A stretch of DNA of 64,000 nt from Nageia nagi (Eukaryota; Plantae; Pinophyta): NCBI GenBank assembly GCA_050084985.1, contig JBITNC010000001.1, positions 171,492,001-171,556,000 on the forward strand, written 5' to 3'. Shown here in pieces: positions 1 to 13,130 of the stretch. The notes under the pieces are model-generated. The model had not been told where the DNA came from. It saw nothing but the letters and a program-made list of their open reading frames with translations, and did not search any database. The first letter of the stretch is position 1. The number at the start of each line of letters is the position of its first letter. The translations under genes and the position numbers were made by a program.

Positions 1-1034
1 CCTTAGAAGCATGCTATAGAAAGACAAGATTTTGTCTTTTGAAATGGTTCTCCAAACCCTCTAGTCATGCCAGCTTGAGCGCATTTTCCAAAAAGATAAG
101 ATTTTGTCTTTTTGAGGCATGCACTAGGTTGCTCTTGCCTAGTTTGTCCTATTTCGGGGCTTTACCAAGTGGGACTTAGCCAAATTTTCATATTTTTCTT
201 GAATTACTGTCTCCCTGGGTTAGGAGCATGCTACAGAAAGACAAGATTTTGTCTTTTGAAATGGTGCTCCTAACTCTCTTGATCATGCTTGAGTTGGATC
301 CTGATTTGAGGAGTTCGTGACTTAGCCAAATTTCCTCATGAGATCAGACTAGATGACTCTTTGTCATGAGCACATGCCCCCAAAAGACAAGATTTTGTGT
401 TTTTGAAGCATGCGCTTGCCTCCTGGGTACTTGGACTCCACTTTCTCATCTTCGAACTCGACCTATGTGGCCTTCCATCTTGAGCGCATGCTCCCAAAAG
501 ACAAGATTTTGTCTTTTTGAGGCATGCGCCAAACTTGAATTGCCTCTAGCTTGCCTTCTTCATCCTCCGTTCCAATCCAGACTACCCCAAACCCAAGCAC
601 ATGCCCCAAAAAGACAAGATTTTGTCTTTTGGAGGCATGCATTGGGCCTAAGAGTGGCCCAGTTTGCCTTTCTTGAACTTGACTATGATTTGGACAGCGA
701 CTAGACCCAGGTGCATGCCCCATAAAGACAAAATTTTGTCCTTTGGAGTGATGTGCTAGACTTTGGAGTGACCTAGTTTGGCTTGGCTTGGTCCGGACTC
801 ATCCTAGGTTCCCCTACTTAGCCTAAACTCAACTTATGGCTTCCAAACTTAGTCATTTTTTGAAGGATTTTGGCCTTTGTTTTAACATAGCTAAGACCAG
901 GTAGACAATAACACTTAGGCTAGGGATGATAGGCATGATACCTATGTAGGTGAAATTTTCGAATGTTTAAGACAAGGACAAGACATTCTGTAGACCTGAG
1001 TTGTTGTTTGGGGTGTGTTGTGTATGTCACAACA
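1..1034 (-). mobile_element. 5' end of a giant LTR-like unit (truncated by window start)
   Basis: Ends in tttggggtgtgttgtgtatgtcacaaca, the reverse complement of the family terminus TGTTGTG(N4-5)CACAACACACCCCAA also seen at 8774, 10747, 26290, 50823 and 52801. Contains a motif array. Confidence 0.75.
9..760. repeat. Array of seven ~46-bp palindromic repeats separated by largely dissimilar spacers
   Basis: Core AAAAGACAA-GATT-TTGTCTTTT, usually flanked by (GC)GCATGC...GCATGC(GC). Core starts at about 20, 92, 237, 383, 497, 610 and 724 (spacings 72, 145, 146, 114, 113, 114). Confidence 0.92.
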
Positions 1035-1316
1035 ATTTCAACATTATTATTTTCATAAATCTATGAAGAGTGTTGTATTCTACAAGGGGTTACAGTTGTT
1101 TATCACAGGTATTCTATTAAATTCAATGCTGACTTAAATTTTCCATAAAGGGTTTCAGGCCATAAACAATATCCTTGGGTTTGGGGATAAGGGCAATAAT
1201 TAAAATCAACGAATATGAATATCAAAGATACAAAAAGTCTTGTAGTAAAATAAAATTATAAATAACTCAAAAGAAAACAATTACAAGGAATATACACGTC
1301 CATGAAATGTACTTAC

Positions 1317-1657
1317 AATTTTATAAGTCCTTCTAGAAAAGGAGCGCTCTTTTCAATTTTTTCAATAGTGGCCAATGATTGAACAAATGTAATTGGAACC
1401 ATAAATAGAATATAAAGTAAAAAGATAGCACCAGCTATCAACAATCTCCGAATTGTGATCTCAACAAATGGAATAGGCAGATTTTGCCAGTATACATCAC
1501 ATGGTTCAGGAGCCCAATCTGTTAGCCATTTTGTTGGATCCTTGCTCTGTTGTGTTTGTGCACACACTGCTGCTCCCCAACGTGTTTTAAATGAAACAAA
1601 TGCTACAGGCATAATTGCATTTGAATCTCTAAGAACTCTCTCACGCTCAACTGCTAT
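1317..1657 (-). CDS. OSCA1: OSCA1/CSC1-like channel, internal exon (last in window; gene continues below position 1)
   Basis: gtacag|ATA GCA...ATA AAA TT|gtaagt, 341 nt. Encodes IAVERERVLRDSNAIMPVAFVSFKTRWGAAVCAQTQQSKDPTKWLTDWAPEPCDVYWQNLPIPFVEITIRRLL..., with the diagnostic AFVSF.TRWGAAVCAQTQQ and WAPEP.DVYW.NL motifs. Confidence 0.97.
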
Positions 1658-4459
1658 CTGTACAAGCAACAAGTACTAATATCAAGCGAAAGTTTCATAA
1701 TGAAGTACAATAAATCCTGATAAAGAAATTTCACTTGTTGAAAGCATGTCATTTTGGGAATCAGAATAGGAGATAGCTTGCCATGAAATTTTAACTAGCA
1801 TAAAAGAAAGAGAAAACAATCAATTATCGGAGAACAAATAAGGTTTCAAATCTTTGTGGGAAATTGCACTACGACTGTCATTCTTAAGAGATATTGGATT
1901 TACTCATTACATGAACAACCTAACACTGTAAAATCTCAAACCATATAGAATGGAGATCACTGATTCAGATTTTTTGCATGTGTTTAGGTCTGTAACTTCA
2001 AATATTTCTGCCTCAATCTTTAAGTCTCTCTTTTTTTGCCCAAATAATTTATTATTCACTTTACAAATTCATGTACATGTTTATGAACTAAGGTTAATCT
2101 TCAATATGATTTCATTTTCTCCATCATGTATTTGCCATGTATTATAGGTTTCGATGCTTTCCATTTAAGAAGACCATCTTAACAGTTGATGTATTTTGTT
2201 GTGCTTCTACCCACATATCTTCTATTATTAATGCCAAATAAACAAAGATAAAAGCTACCATGTTATAGTACGATGTAGAAAGTCCTTAGTACTAATGCAA
2301 AGTTTGATATCCAAGATCTCTTGATATGCCATTGAATAAAGATTGGTACTTTTGTAGCATAGTTTTTCTGGTTCATTCACCATGGCATCAAAACAGCTGT
2401 ATCTTTGTATGTGTAATCCAAACGAACAGTGGTCCACAAATATCATCTTCTTGAAACTTAACCTACCATTGTTAGCGTTTGCTAGATTTGTTGCCCAGAA
2501 ACCATGATAGCATTTCACAAACTGTATGCCATTTTTACGACCATCACAAGAACTTTGATTCAATGAGAGACAATCTGAAAGTATCAAGCCAGATTCAATG
2601 CTAATGAATACAGAAGAGGAATTGCAAGCAGTCTATCTGAGATTTCTATCCTCATTATGAAAGTTAAGATTGGCTTTTAGTAACAACAGATTGTGAGCAT
2701 CCTTATGAAATTTGAATAATTAATATAATGTTGTACTTGATAAACTATCCACAAGGACTTGAACAGACCAAGCACTGATTACAAATAAATTCTTGATAAC
2801 CTTTGCATGCTGTTAAGAATAAGACTGATTATGCGGTTAAGCCATTAAGAGGAATATGTATTAATATTTGATTATTATATATAAATGCATGTTGATAAAT
2901 AGCAATGGAGAATTATGATCAGTACTGGAATATTAACTTGAGACCAAAGTAAAATATCATTTAAATCTGATCTCATTTGCATTCTATTTGTTCCTGATGG
3001 GGGAACTCTAGTCGTTGTAACTTCTAAATGCTTCCATATCAAGAAAGAATGGTTACTGCATGCAAAGTATGTTGCAAATTTTAAGCAAGCTTGGATTTAA
3101 GAGTATTCAGCATTATAATAAATTGTGCCCTCTCTTCAAAAGCATTAAAGATATGATTAAGTTATACGATAATTCAATAAAGGCTGGTATAACATGCTTT
3201 TTCCTATTTAAACTTGGTAAATAAGAATATGAACCCAAAGAGTTGGTAATGTCATGAATTGGACATGAAAGTGAAAAATGATGAACTTGACAGGGAGGTT
3301 GTAGAGCTTGCTGTCCAAGAGGAAAAGGGTGGTAGGCCCTTCGAATGAAGGCTGTTCAACTCATTTCTAACACACTTTGTAGGCACTTGTTTGCATGTCA
3401 TTGACATCTATGAATTTTTCCACATTCATGTTTGTTCATGCGCGTTGTTTATGTTATGTTATATTGTGTTGACATTGTACATAACACAATACAATGTTGT
3501 ATGTTATAGATGTTATTATGTAAGGAATTATGAGGTATAATCCTTATTGGTTATGCATGTTAATTGTCAATAATTGCCCCTATTTGGTGGTGAAGTATTT
3601 ATGTCACATCTTATACAGCACACTGACATAGATGCTGATGAGTCATTGCAATTGTGTGATGACTATGCATCTCGGCATATCGATGCACTTGTACTTATTA
3701 GACTAAAACTTGGCAAAAACTTGTTTGTCTTTCAATTTGGAAATACCCAAACTCTAGCAAAAACTTGGCAAAAGAAGCATGAAGAAAACCATAGTTTGAC
3801 ACAAAAGAAAGAGTTTTCCAAAAAAACTCATCAAAAATTGCATTAAAAAAAAAACAATCACCAAGATGAGTCACAATTACTTCTTATGAGTCATCCAACT
3901 TTGGATTGCACTTAATCGCCAATTATTAGTTACCTTGGCTGTTATGGATGCACTCGTGATGATGTTACAATAATAAAAACATTTGTATCTTATTGTCTTG
4001 TGATGTATTGTTCATGGATGTGTTTTTGTACTTAGTTTCGTTTATTATTCTAACAATGTTTATGTTCATTATACAATTTTTGTAGTTGTTCCATAATAAA
4101 GTGATTCCACTAAGAAGAGTTAGTGACAATCGATTTGTTATATAATTATCTACAAACATATTCCTTGAAAAAGTTCTAATTCTTTGTCCCTAGCTATAGA
4201 TTTTGTACTATACAAAGGAAAAGGTTTGATTCGTCAAAATTGTATTTGCAACAACACCTTGAGGTTGCTATTATACATCTTTAATAAATTTGACAACTTA
4301 CACCATGGTGAAATTTGAAATAAATTGAAAAAGCACATTAATTAGAAGGTTATTATAAATGTTTGGCATTAAATGCATGATTGCTCAAGTCACATGGAAT
4401 TATTATTTAAAGAGCAGAATCCAACTTGTGCCAGTGAAATCGTTTGAAGTGCGACTTAC

Positions 4460-4540
4460 CTCCTTTCCCAATTGACTGATCTTAGCTTTATAATAGTTGA
4501 TAGAATCCACTTGTTCACCCCAAAGTCCAAGGAAACCCTT
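4460..4540 (-). CDS. OSCA1: OSCA1/CSC1-like channel, internal exon
   Basis: ttgtag|AAG GGT TTC...AAG GAG|gtaagt, 81 nt. Encodes KGFLGLWGEQVDSINYYKAKISQLGKE (GFLGLWG..VD.I.YY motif). Confidence 0.96.
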
Positions 4541-4772
4541 CTACAATACAAAACAATGAAATTTTAGTAAATTATTCTTCTATGTTTTCTAAAAATAAAG
4601 TTAAAATCACTTTTGAGTTTTATATCTATTCCCATAGTTAGTACTTACGTTAAATTATCAAAAAACATTACTATATTTGTCTACTTTAGCCTGTAAATTC
4701 TTGCAGCCAACAATTATATAACAAAGTATATAAATAGCAAGATTTGCAGTTCCAAAGGGATATGAGACACAC

Positions 4773-4892
4773 CTTCTTGATTGGCCTATTCTTTGGATTT
4801 CTTTCATACTTGTTCTGATTATAGTCTAGCCAGTTTTGCTGAGCTTCTCTTTGCTTTACAAGCTTGGATAATTTGTTTGCATTGTAGACAAC
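4773..4892 (-). CDS. OSCA1: OSCA1/CSC1-like channel, internal exon
   Basis: ctgtag|GTT GTC TAC AAT...AAG AAG|gtgtg, 120 nt. Encodes VVYNANKLSKLVKQREAQQNWLDYNQNKYERNPKNRPIKK. Confidence 0.96.
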
Positions 4893-5342
4893 CTACAGTT
4901 TAATAGTTCAGTCAGTCTCTATTACATTCACAAACAAAGGAAAAAAATCAAACCATTGTAAAGCCTGTATTAATTGTCAATGACACAAGTAGGAAAAAGC
5001 AACTAGGTATTACAAGAGAACAAACATGAAATTGCCTAGAAAGCTAACAAGATTGAAAAGGAAATATCTTTTAAAGTTCTGAGGACCCTATTTTAGCTAG
5101 AGCAAAGAAGAAGTTGTCTTGGAGGCACGAGACAAGGAATATCTCAAAGAAAATAGATGCTAGAAGGAAAAAAATGCTAAATCCATGCCAAGACTACCCT
5201 AGAGAGTTAAAATGCAAAATTCACCATCAAAGAGTTTTACAAGGGTCTAAAGGCAAATCATGTCACCCAGAAGATGAAAAAAAGGTTTTGGGCCAAATCA
5301 AGATACAATTAGGTAAAAATGGCTAAGATGCATTTAAACAGG

Positions 5343-5612
5343 TGTAGTGTCCCCTTTTATTGGACGTTCCCCTTTGGGAATCATTTTGTAATTAGGAGAG
5401 TTTACTTAATTGTTGCGTATGTTATTAGACATCATTGTAACTTAGGACAGGAGACATATGCGTCCCATGGACCAATTGTGAGCCCCAAGTGGGACCTCTC
5501 CCTCCTAAGAGTAGTTTAGGAGCATTTAAGTGAGATAGTGCAAATCCCAAGGCACAACACATGATTAGAAGCTAGGCGCATGGTTTGGTGTGATCCCGAG
5601 GCCCAATTCAAA
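5343..5612 (+). mobile_element. Truncated 5' portion of an older LTR, interrupted by element A
   Basis: Starts TGTAGTGTCCCC. The segment ccatggaccaattgtgagccccaagtgggac is paralogous to 5731-5765 of the following LTR and to the LTR end at 22634. Confidence 0.55.
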
Positions 5613-7855
5613 TGTAACATTCCCTTTTTGTAAAAATTAATTAATTTTGGAATCCTAAGGATTCCCTTTTTGTACATATTTATTTTCTCATGTAATTGTT
5701 GTTAGTTCCTTGGGATAGAATTATAAAGGTCCATTGGACTCACTTTGTGAGCCCCATGAGGGACGTTTTCCTCCCAAGCTAGGTTATATTATTTTATTTG
5801 TCATTTAATACACTTGGAGATCCTAAAGATGATTGTGGGAATCCCAAGTCCTTTATAGCACCTACATGATGCTAGAGCATGGATTTGCCCCAACATTGGA
5901 TTTCGAAGCACTTGTACACATGCACCAGCCTTGGGGAGACTCCTAGACCCACATGTTGTCCCATGATGACTCCTGAACACCCCCGCATGCACTCTAGCCC
6001 ATGTTGGCTCATTATGACTCAAAGACACCCACGCATGTGTTCTTGGACCCCCACGTGGCATGGGTGACACCCAAGCACCCATGTTGAGCATGTGAAGGGA
6101 ACAGATACCCATGTTGGGCCTTGTTTTACCCCTAGGCACCTTCATTGGGCTTTGTGGGGCTTCTAGGAAGCCAACGTTGAGACATGGGCCTAGGTGATGA
6201 CTTTGAGGTGAGATCCACATCTAGTGATGAGCTATATAAGGTTAAGGAGCCTCAATCTAGAGATAGACTAAATTTGATATTGAAACCCTTCTCTTCGAAG
6301 TTACCAAAGACTTAGTGGTGTCAAACACCCTTGAGCGCAACGCACAAGGAGAGCACAGGAGGTGTCGAACACCTTTTGTCTTACGGTTGAGGTGTTTGTT
6401 CGTGCGAATGAGGCTGCCCTACCCTGAGGCGTCCACAAGTGGTTTGCATCTTTGAATCCATCTCGTGGCATTCCGGAACCATACCCGTTCTCTTCACCAG
6501 GAGCTAGTCTATGAGGGAGCCCTTCGATAAGGCATTCATAAAACTGGTAGGAGGTGATTGTTCTACTATAGTTTCAGAGTATATCTCAGCTCAATGTATG
6601 CCCTAGTTGGCTCCTTGGAGGCCAACATTGAGCCCTTTGGGCTAATTTGGTATTGTACTCATTTATTCATCAATAATATTGTCGTGGCATACTTAGATCT
6701 CAGTAATTGTCTCATTGTGTGATGTTCATGCTTTCATATTTCCCAAGTTGGGCTATTTTTGTATGTGCTTGTGTAATGCAACGTTGGCATATTTGGATGT
6801 AATTTGCATAATATATGAGCCTTGGTGTATGACGTTGGGCATTCTAGTGATATTGGTGCTCATCTAGTGAGTCATTGGCATTCTTGGCTTGCTATTTTGT
6901 GTATTTGATGCCCTAGTATGGTTCATGGCATGCCTAGAAGCATTGTATGATTTTGTTTTGGCATTTACTTGGCTAATTTGTGTGTGAGAATATTTTTGGG
7001 AATATTACAGTGTTATTAGAGCTTGGATCTGGCCAGCCTATGAATGACACCTGCAATCCACAACTACTATACTAGATCTAGCACCAGAAGAGAGATGTCT
7101 CCAACCAAGAAGGGTGGAAAGGGAATGCTACCAGAAGATACCCCATCTAGAACCACTCAAGATAAGAATCGCAAACCATGGATGGAGGGCATCCCAGAAA
7201 AGGATGCTTTTGGCGAAGAAAATTCGGCTAGAAAAGGCAGATCCCCACCATCAAGGAGAAGAAGCTCTACCCTAACCAAAGAGGCCACAATAGAAACAAA
7301 GTTTAACAAACTTATTGCGGCCATGAGGAGTATGAGAGAGGTAGTGCAAAATCAATTGGCCACTATAAATGCTTGGTTCTAGAATAAAGAGACAAGTGAG
7401 TCCCCCATTTTCCATTCCGAATAAGGAGAAAGAACTAAGGTAGGAGGACAGAATGGAGAAGGAGCCCAGCTTGAGGAGATTGCACAGCTTGAGGGATAGA
7501 GGATCCACCCATCACAGATCCATGAGTCACCAAATGCATGCATTCATAAGGTCCCATTCCCATAGGGCACCACAGTGGACTAACCCTCTCCAAGGGAGCT
7601 TCCTAGAAGAAGACGTTGGGAAGATAGGAGAGCAGCCCATCATTCCCAAAATGTCCAAGCCCATGTTCGAAAAGATATATGCAAATGAGGTAAAAAATTG
7701 GGTTCTGAATACTCTTGAGTTAAATCAGACTTTTAGAGAATATTCTATGTTAGATCCAAGATTGAGGAGAGATGAATTTAAATGGTTATTTGGAGATTTT
7801 ATTTGGAGATTTTGGGCTTGAATGGAGGTAGTTCTAATGGCACCCACTCTCAAAG
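5613..7855 (+). mobile_element. Element A: LTR retrotransposon 5' LTR (5613-7009), degenerate tRNA-Met PBS and decayed gag-like start, truncated
   Basis: TGTAAC...TATTACA termini and a TATA-like tatataag near 6233. TGTTATTAGAGC at 7011-7022 matches the Met-i PBS TGGTATCAGAGC with 2 mismatches. Broken basic ORFs follow from 7044. A closely similar LTR lies inverted at 37253-38590. Confidence 0.8.
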
Positions 7856-8949
7856 TGTAAGGATCCAAAATGCAACTCAAAGCAAAATCAGCAAATTCGA
7901 TTAAAATAATCCTAACGTTAGGCCTTGGGCATCAACACAAGCATTCAAACCCTCCAGATGACAACGTTAGGGTTAGAACATTCAGATTGAGCTAATACAA
8001 TGCCAAGATGTCAACGTCTATTCTAGGGTTACCAAATCAAGCTTCCATATATCAACATCTGGCAATAGCATGCATATGACAATGAATTATACCCCACAAT
8101 GCCAACATATGGTTACTACATACAATGAACAATGAACAACATCCCACAATGGCAACGTCTGGCCAGTACAAGCATATACAAGAAGGAAAACCCAACGATT
8201 GCACAATACAAGTATACAACATACAAAATATGAGATCTAATGCCCTCATGTTGTATATATGATATGATATGAGTAGCAATACAATACCAAGCCCAGGAGG
8301 GTTGATGTTGGCCTCTCAGAAGCCAACTAGGGCACAACAATGAAAATCCTCACAATTGGAACAATCATAAAACCGTGGAAGAGTACGCTCCCTCAGAATG
8401 AGAATCTTCTCCATCGAAGGAGTCCTCAAATTCTGGATAACCACTAAAGGTAGAAGCAATACCTCGGATGCCACCGGATGGGTAAGGGCGTTGCACCAAT
8501 GCCATAGACAAACAAGATCCCTCAGCCTGAATGCCCTCCTAAGTGTTGCACTTAGGGAGATTGATTAGCACAGCTAAGATTTGTGTCCTTTGGACGAAAT
8601 GTGTGTAATAATAATAATTTGTATATCCAGTAATGAGGCTCCAATGTCTATTTATACATTAGCTCTGTCCAGATCTCACCTAAGAGACATCACCTAGCTC
8701 CTCTAATCCAACGTTAGCATCCTGGGGGCCTGAAATACCTAACATGGGTGCCTAGGGGTTAGGCATGCCAACATGTTGTGCGTACACAACACCCCCCAAA
8801 TTTTATTGCATTTTGAGGACCCTCAGGAAACAAAAAAAGGGGAGAGAATTGCATGGAAATTTGTCAAGAGGATGCATACCTTTCAAGCTAGTGTTAAGAA
8901 AATGTTCAATCTGCATTTTAGTGGTAGTAAGGGCCAAAATCATGCACCT

Positions 8950-10560
8950 TTCCTCCTATCGCATGTTTTCCATTGAGTGCTTTTGCACCCCCCTCAAGCC
9001 ATGAGACCATCCAGCCTTGTCTTTGTCATTTGCATCATCAAGTTTAAAAAATATCCTGAGGGTCTCCCATGTTGTACAAACCCCATTTGCATCTCATGTA
9101 TTGTTTTGTGTCGAAAAATGCAAGAGAAACACCCATTTTTGGCCTATCGCATGTTTTTGAGGGAGTGCTTTTGCACCCACTAGGAAAGGTGCAACTGGGT
9201 TGGACATCATCTCACACTTAGCATTTTTCAATACATTTTGTTGTCACATGCATTTCATGGAGTCCTTTTGCACCCCTTCAAAAGGGTGCGACCAAGGTGG
9301 CAACTCATACATTTTTCAGTACATTTTGTTGTCACATGCATTTCGTGGAGTCCTTTTGTCATTTTCACATGCTTTGGAGTGAGTCCTTCTTGCACTCCTT
9401 CAAAACCATGCGAAAAGGAGATTCCATACTTAGTCAAATTTTGGAGCCTCAAAGGCTATTGCATGCATTTCATGGAGTCCTTTTGGCACTCACCCAAAAC
9501 CATGCGACCAGCAGATTCTATACTTAGTCAAATTTTGAAGTCTCAAAGGCTGTCACATACATTTCATGGAGTCCTTTCAACACTCACCAAAAACCATGCA
9601 ACCAATGTGAAAGACACTTAGTCGAATTTTGGCACCTCAAAGGTTGTTGCAAGGATCTAGATGAGTCCTTTTGCACTTGTCCAATACCATGCAACTAGAA
9701 GGGAGAAAAAAAATTGACTAAGTGTTAAGCCTTGTTGACAAGTGGAAGCCCATGCACTAGACCTCTTCCTACGCCTATCCCATGGTGACACGTGTCTCAC
9801 CTAGAAGGCTATAAAAGGGAAGTCAACCCCCTTCATTTCAGTTTGCAAATTTGACAAGGAGCAAAGCGTGGGAGAACTGAAGACAAAGAACCCCTTCCTA
9901 GACGTCCGACCAAGGACTACTTGCACTTTTTTCAAAGTTTTCAGGTCCCAAGCCTTGGGAAGCATGCCAGGACTCAGGCGCAAGGGTTAAAGCATGTGCT
10001 TTAGGCACCCATCCAAAAGGGTGCGACAAGGGGTTAAGGCTTCAAACTCAGTGTGAAATTTGGCCAAGTCACCCCCCTTTCCCAATCGCATCATTTTCAC
10101 CCTATCCTTTTTGCACACTCCAAGAAACATGCGACCTTGTTATGGACCTCCTATTTGACCCTTAGGCCGACCATTAAGAAGGTGACACCTGGCAATTACA
10201 CAAACCTATAAATATCCCATCCCTTGAGCATTTCAAACACATAATTCCAGAATCAACCCTCTTCTTAGTCGCACCATTTCTCTTGCATGCCTAGGAACTC
10301 ACTCTGAAACGTGCAACCAAGGAGGAAAGAAGGATTTAGGGACATTGCACATTCAGTTAGCTTTTTTTGGCTAAGGCATTTCATATGAACCCCCAAACCT
10401 AATCGCACACTTTCAAGGCAATGCTTGAGGCACTCACTCAAAACCATGCAACCTGATCTAGAGTGAGGAATTGTCTAAAAATCGACTAAGTACCCTTGGG
10501 CCCAATCGCATACTTTTCAAGCTGTGCTTTTGCACTCATCCAAAACTGTGCGCCTAGATT
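8950..10560. repeat. Array of ~52-bp cassettes bounded by inverted GTCGCA...TGCGAC motifs
   Basis: About 12 cassettes, e.g. tgtcacatgcatttcatggagtccttttgcaccccttcaaaagggtgcgacc (9242-9293). Ends and length are conserved, the interior varies. Confidence 0.8.
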
Positions 10561-12381
10561 GGTCAAACATCTGGAGTTGAGAAGGGAGGAGTGATTTTCT
10601 CTATGGCTTTGAGCATCAAAGTACCCCCGTTGAAAGCTAGAAAGGCCCAAAGCCAGTTGTTCGAGAGGCGTATGACTCAAAGCCAAATGACTCGGCTTTT
10701 GAAGGAAAGTCTGATAGAGTTTCAGCAGAAGGACAAATCAGAGCTCTGTTGTGCCCGCAAAACACACCCCAAGATGTAGCATTTTGGGGACGCTACTTTT
10801 TTTGGAGGCAATGGACGACATTGCCTGAAGGTGACTATACAACGGCTAGAGAAAAGAGTCAGAGCAATCAAGTGATGAAGCAGTGCACACAAATGTTCAC
10901 AGAGGAACCAAGTCAGTTCAGTGCGTCTAGGGGCGATTCATGGTCCGGTTTCAAACAACATCAAGCAGGATGCAATTTTGGATCGCACCAACAACCAAGA
11001 AGGGAGTTTTTCACCAAGTGACCAACAGAGCATAAAAAGGCGTGTTTTCACAGCATTTGAGTGCAAGACTGACAGAGTTGACAAAACAGAGCATTTTTTC
11101 AGGAATTGAGCTCATAGGTACCTAGCATCACAAAAGGCGTGTTTTTTGCAAAATTTGTGTGCAAAGGTACCTAAGTAGCAAAAATGAGCGTTTTTGTCAC
11201 TTTTGAGTCCGAGTGCCTTGAAAATGATAAGGATGACAAAAATGGACGTTTTGTCAAAGTTGACCCTAGAAAGCTAGAAAAGGGCACGGTAGAAAGGTGC
11301 GTTTTGGTCTTTTTTGGGCTCAAAAGCAGTCAATATGGTAAAAAGGTGCGTTTTGCATGATTTGAGTTTGGAAAGCTTGGAAATGATCAAAAGTGACGAA
11401 TTGAGCCTAAAATGGCCAGAAATGCTCAAAAATGCCGGAAATGTTGGAAAAGGTCTTTTTTTTCACACTAAGGGCCCGTCCAATGAGGTGAAAAATGGCA
11501 CCTAGGATCAAGGAATTTGATAAATTTTGGTCAAAAATCAAGTTTGATGGGTCTACAAGGTGTAAAATGTGATTTCTAGCACATTTAGGTCTTAAAAAAT
11601 TCGAAAATGAGCAAGTTTTGACCCTCTAAAAGCTAGGCACAGGTTTGCAGATGTTTCTAATTCCGTAGGGATGAAAAATGGCGCCTAACTTGGAGTGATA
11701 AGTGAAAAATGCATAAAATTTTGATCCCAATGTGTCAATTGCATGGAAAACCCTATTTTGAACACATTTAGAACTCCAAAATTCGAATTTTGAGCAATGG
11801 AAAGGCACCTAAAGGCTAGGCGCAGGTTTTCATCCCATTGGAAATCCAATGGAGTTAAATCTAGTGCCTAAGATGGAAATATTTTGCAAATTTTGCTCAA
11901 AACTCAAGTGTGAAGGGTCCATTGGGTCAAAAACATCATTCTAAACACATTTAAACTTGCAAAATTCGAATTTTAAGCAATTTTGAGGCACCTAAAGGGT
12001 GAGCATTCCAAGCATGTTTAAACTTACAAATTTTCAAAATTGAGCACTAGAAATGCCCCAAAAAGTCAGGCATAGGTTTCCAAGCCATTGGAGAACCCAA
12101 AAAAAGTGAAAATTGGTGCCTACATACAAGAAAAAAGCCCCAAAAGTCATCAAAATTCGATTCTGGGCACATAGATGGGTGAAGGAAGTGATTTGAATCA
12201 CATTTAAACTTTGATTTTTTTCAATTTGACCCAAGGAAGTGCCTCAAAAAGTTAGGCACAGGTTTGCAATCCTATGAAGTGTTCAAAGGCTCCAAAAACT
12301 TAAAAATTATGCAAAATGCACCCTTAGAGCACTTTTTAGGTCAAAAACCCACTAAGGAGCATGCAAAAGGCACAAAAAACC

Positions 12382-12389
12382 TATAAATA
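12382..12389 (+). promoter_or_regulatory. TATA box upstream of the unit 2 ORF
   Basis: ccTATAAATAccc. An equivalent TATAAATA sits at the same relative place in unit 1 (10207), unit 3 (48656-48663, minus) and unit 4 (61403-61410, minus). Confidence 0.6.
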
Positions 12390-13130
12390 CCCTATCAAGC
12401 CTCTCATTTGCTCCACAAACATTCTCCTTGAGCCTCCACGCACCCATTTTTGAGCAAAACCTCACAAATTGCTCAAAAACTTCAAAATTGGTCACAAGAT
12501 CCAAAATAAGCCAAAACCTTGTCAAATTTTTTCAAGGATCTTAAAATTCCATCCTCTATCAACCCATTAGGTCAAATCTACTTTTTAAAAATTTTCAAAA
12601 ATTCGGACCCCCTATCTTTTGGCCATTTTCACCATTTTCAAGTTTTTTGAAAAAAAGTGTAAAAACACAAAAAACAGTTTTTCAAGGCCAAAAAACTCCA
12701 AAATTTGAGTGATCCAAACTTCGAAGTGAATATCAAAGTGATAGATCCCATATAGGAGAGCAGCCTCCATCATTCACTTCCCAAAAATGAAGCTTGAAAA
12801 CCCATTTTACATCCCTATCTTTCCAAGCTTCGAAGCTGCAAAAACCTGTCAAAAAACAAATACATAGGCTAAAAAAACAGTGAGTTAATTCAGACCCTGA
12901 AAAACTCGAAATGTTTTTTCGAGACTTGGCCACAAGTCTCCTAGATTTATTTGCCAACACCCCATGTACTTGTTTCCTAGTTTCGACGAACTTGAAAATT
13001 TGCAAAAATCCACAGCTTCTAAAAAAGCCAAAAATAAGCCAAAAATTTTACTCTCTTTTTTGCTCCAAAATCGCTCCAAAGATACCCAATACCACTCCTA
13101 ACACCTTGTTGTACTCGACAGGTTGGAATC

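Noticed and set aside
366-723. Repeat-containing ORFs on both strands (CPQKTRFC repeats)
   Set aside because: These are by-products of the palindromic DNA array. The frame shifts between repeat copies.
9-760. True CRISPR array
   Set aside because: Plant intronic context inside a TE terminus, no cas genes, degenerate repeats, spacers of about 25-100 bp and partly duplicated. Kept only as a CRISPR-like architecture.
2255-2587. 110-aa minus-strand ORF as an extra OSCA exon or nested gene
   Set aside because: No recognisable motif, and the flanking OSCA exons already join in frame with no missing sequence.
3631-3672. Hammerhead ribozyme (CTGATGAG followed by a stem)
   Set aside because: The stem GTCAT...ATGAC is followed by TATG rather than the required GAAA, and no stem III or cleavage triplet is evident.
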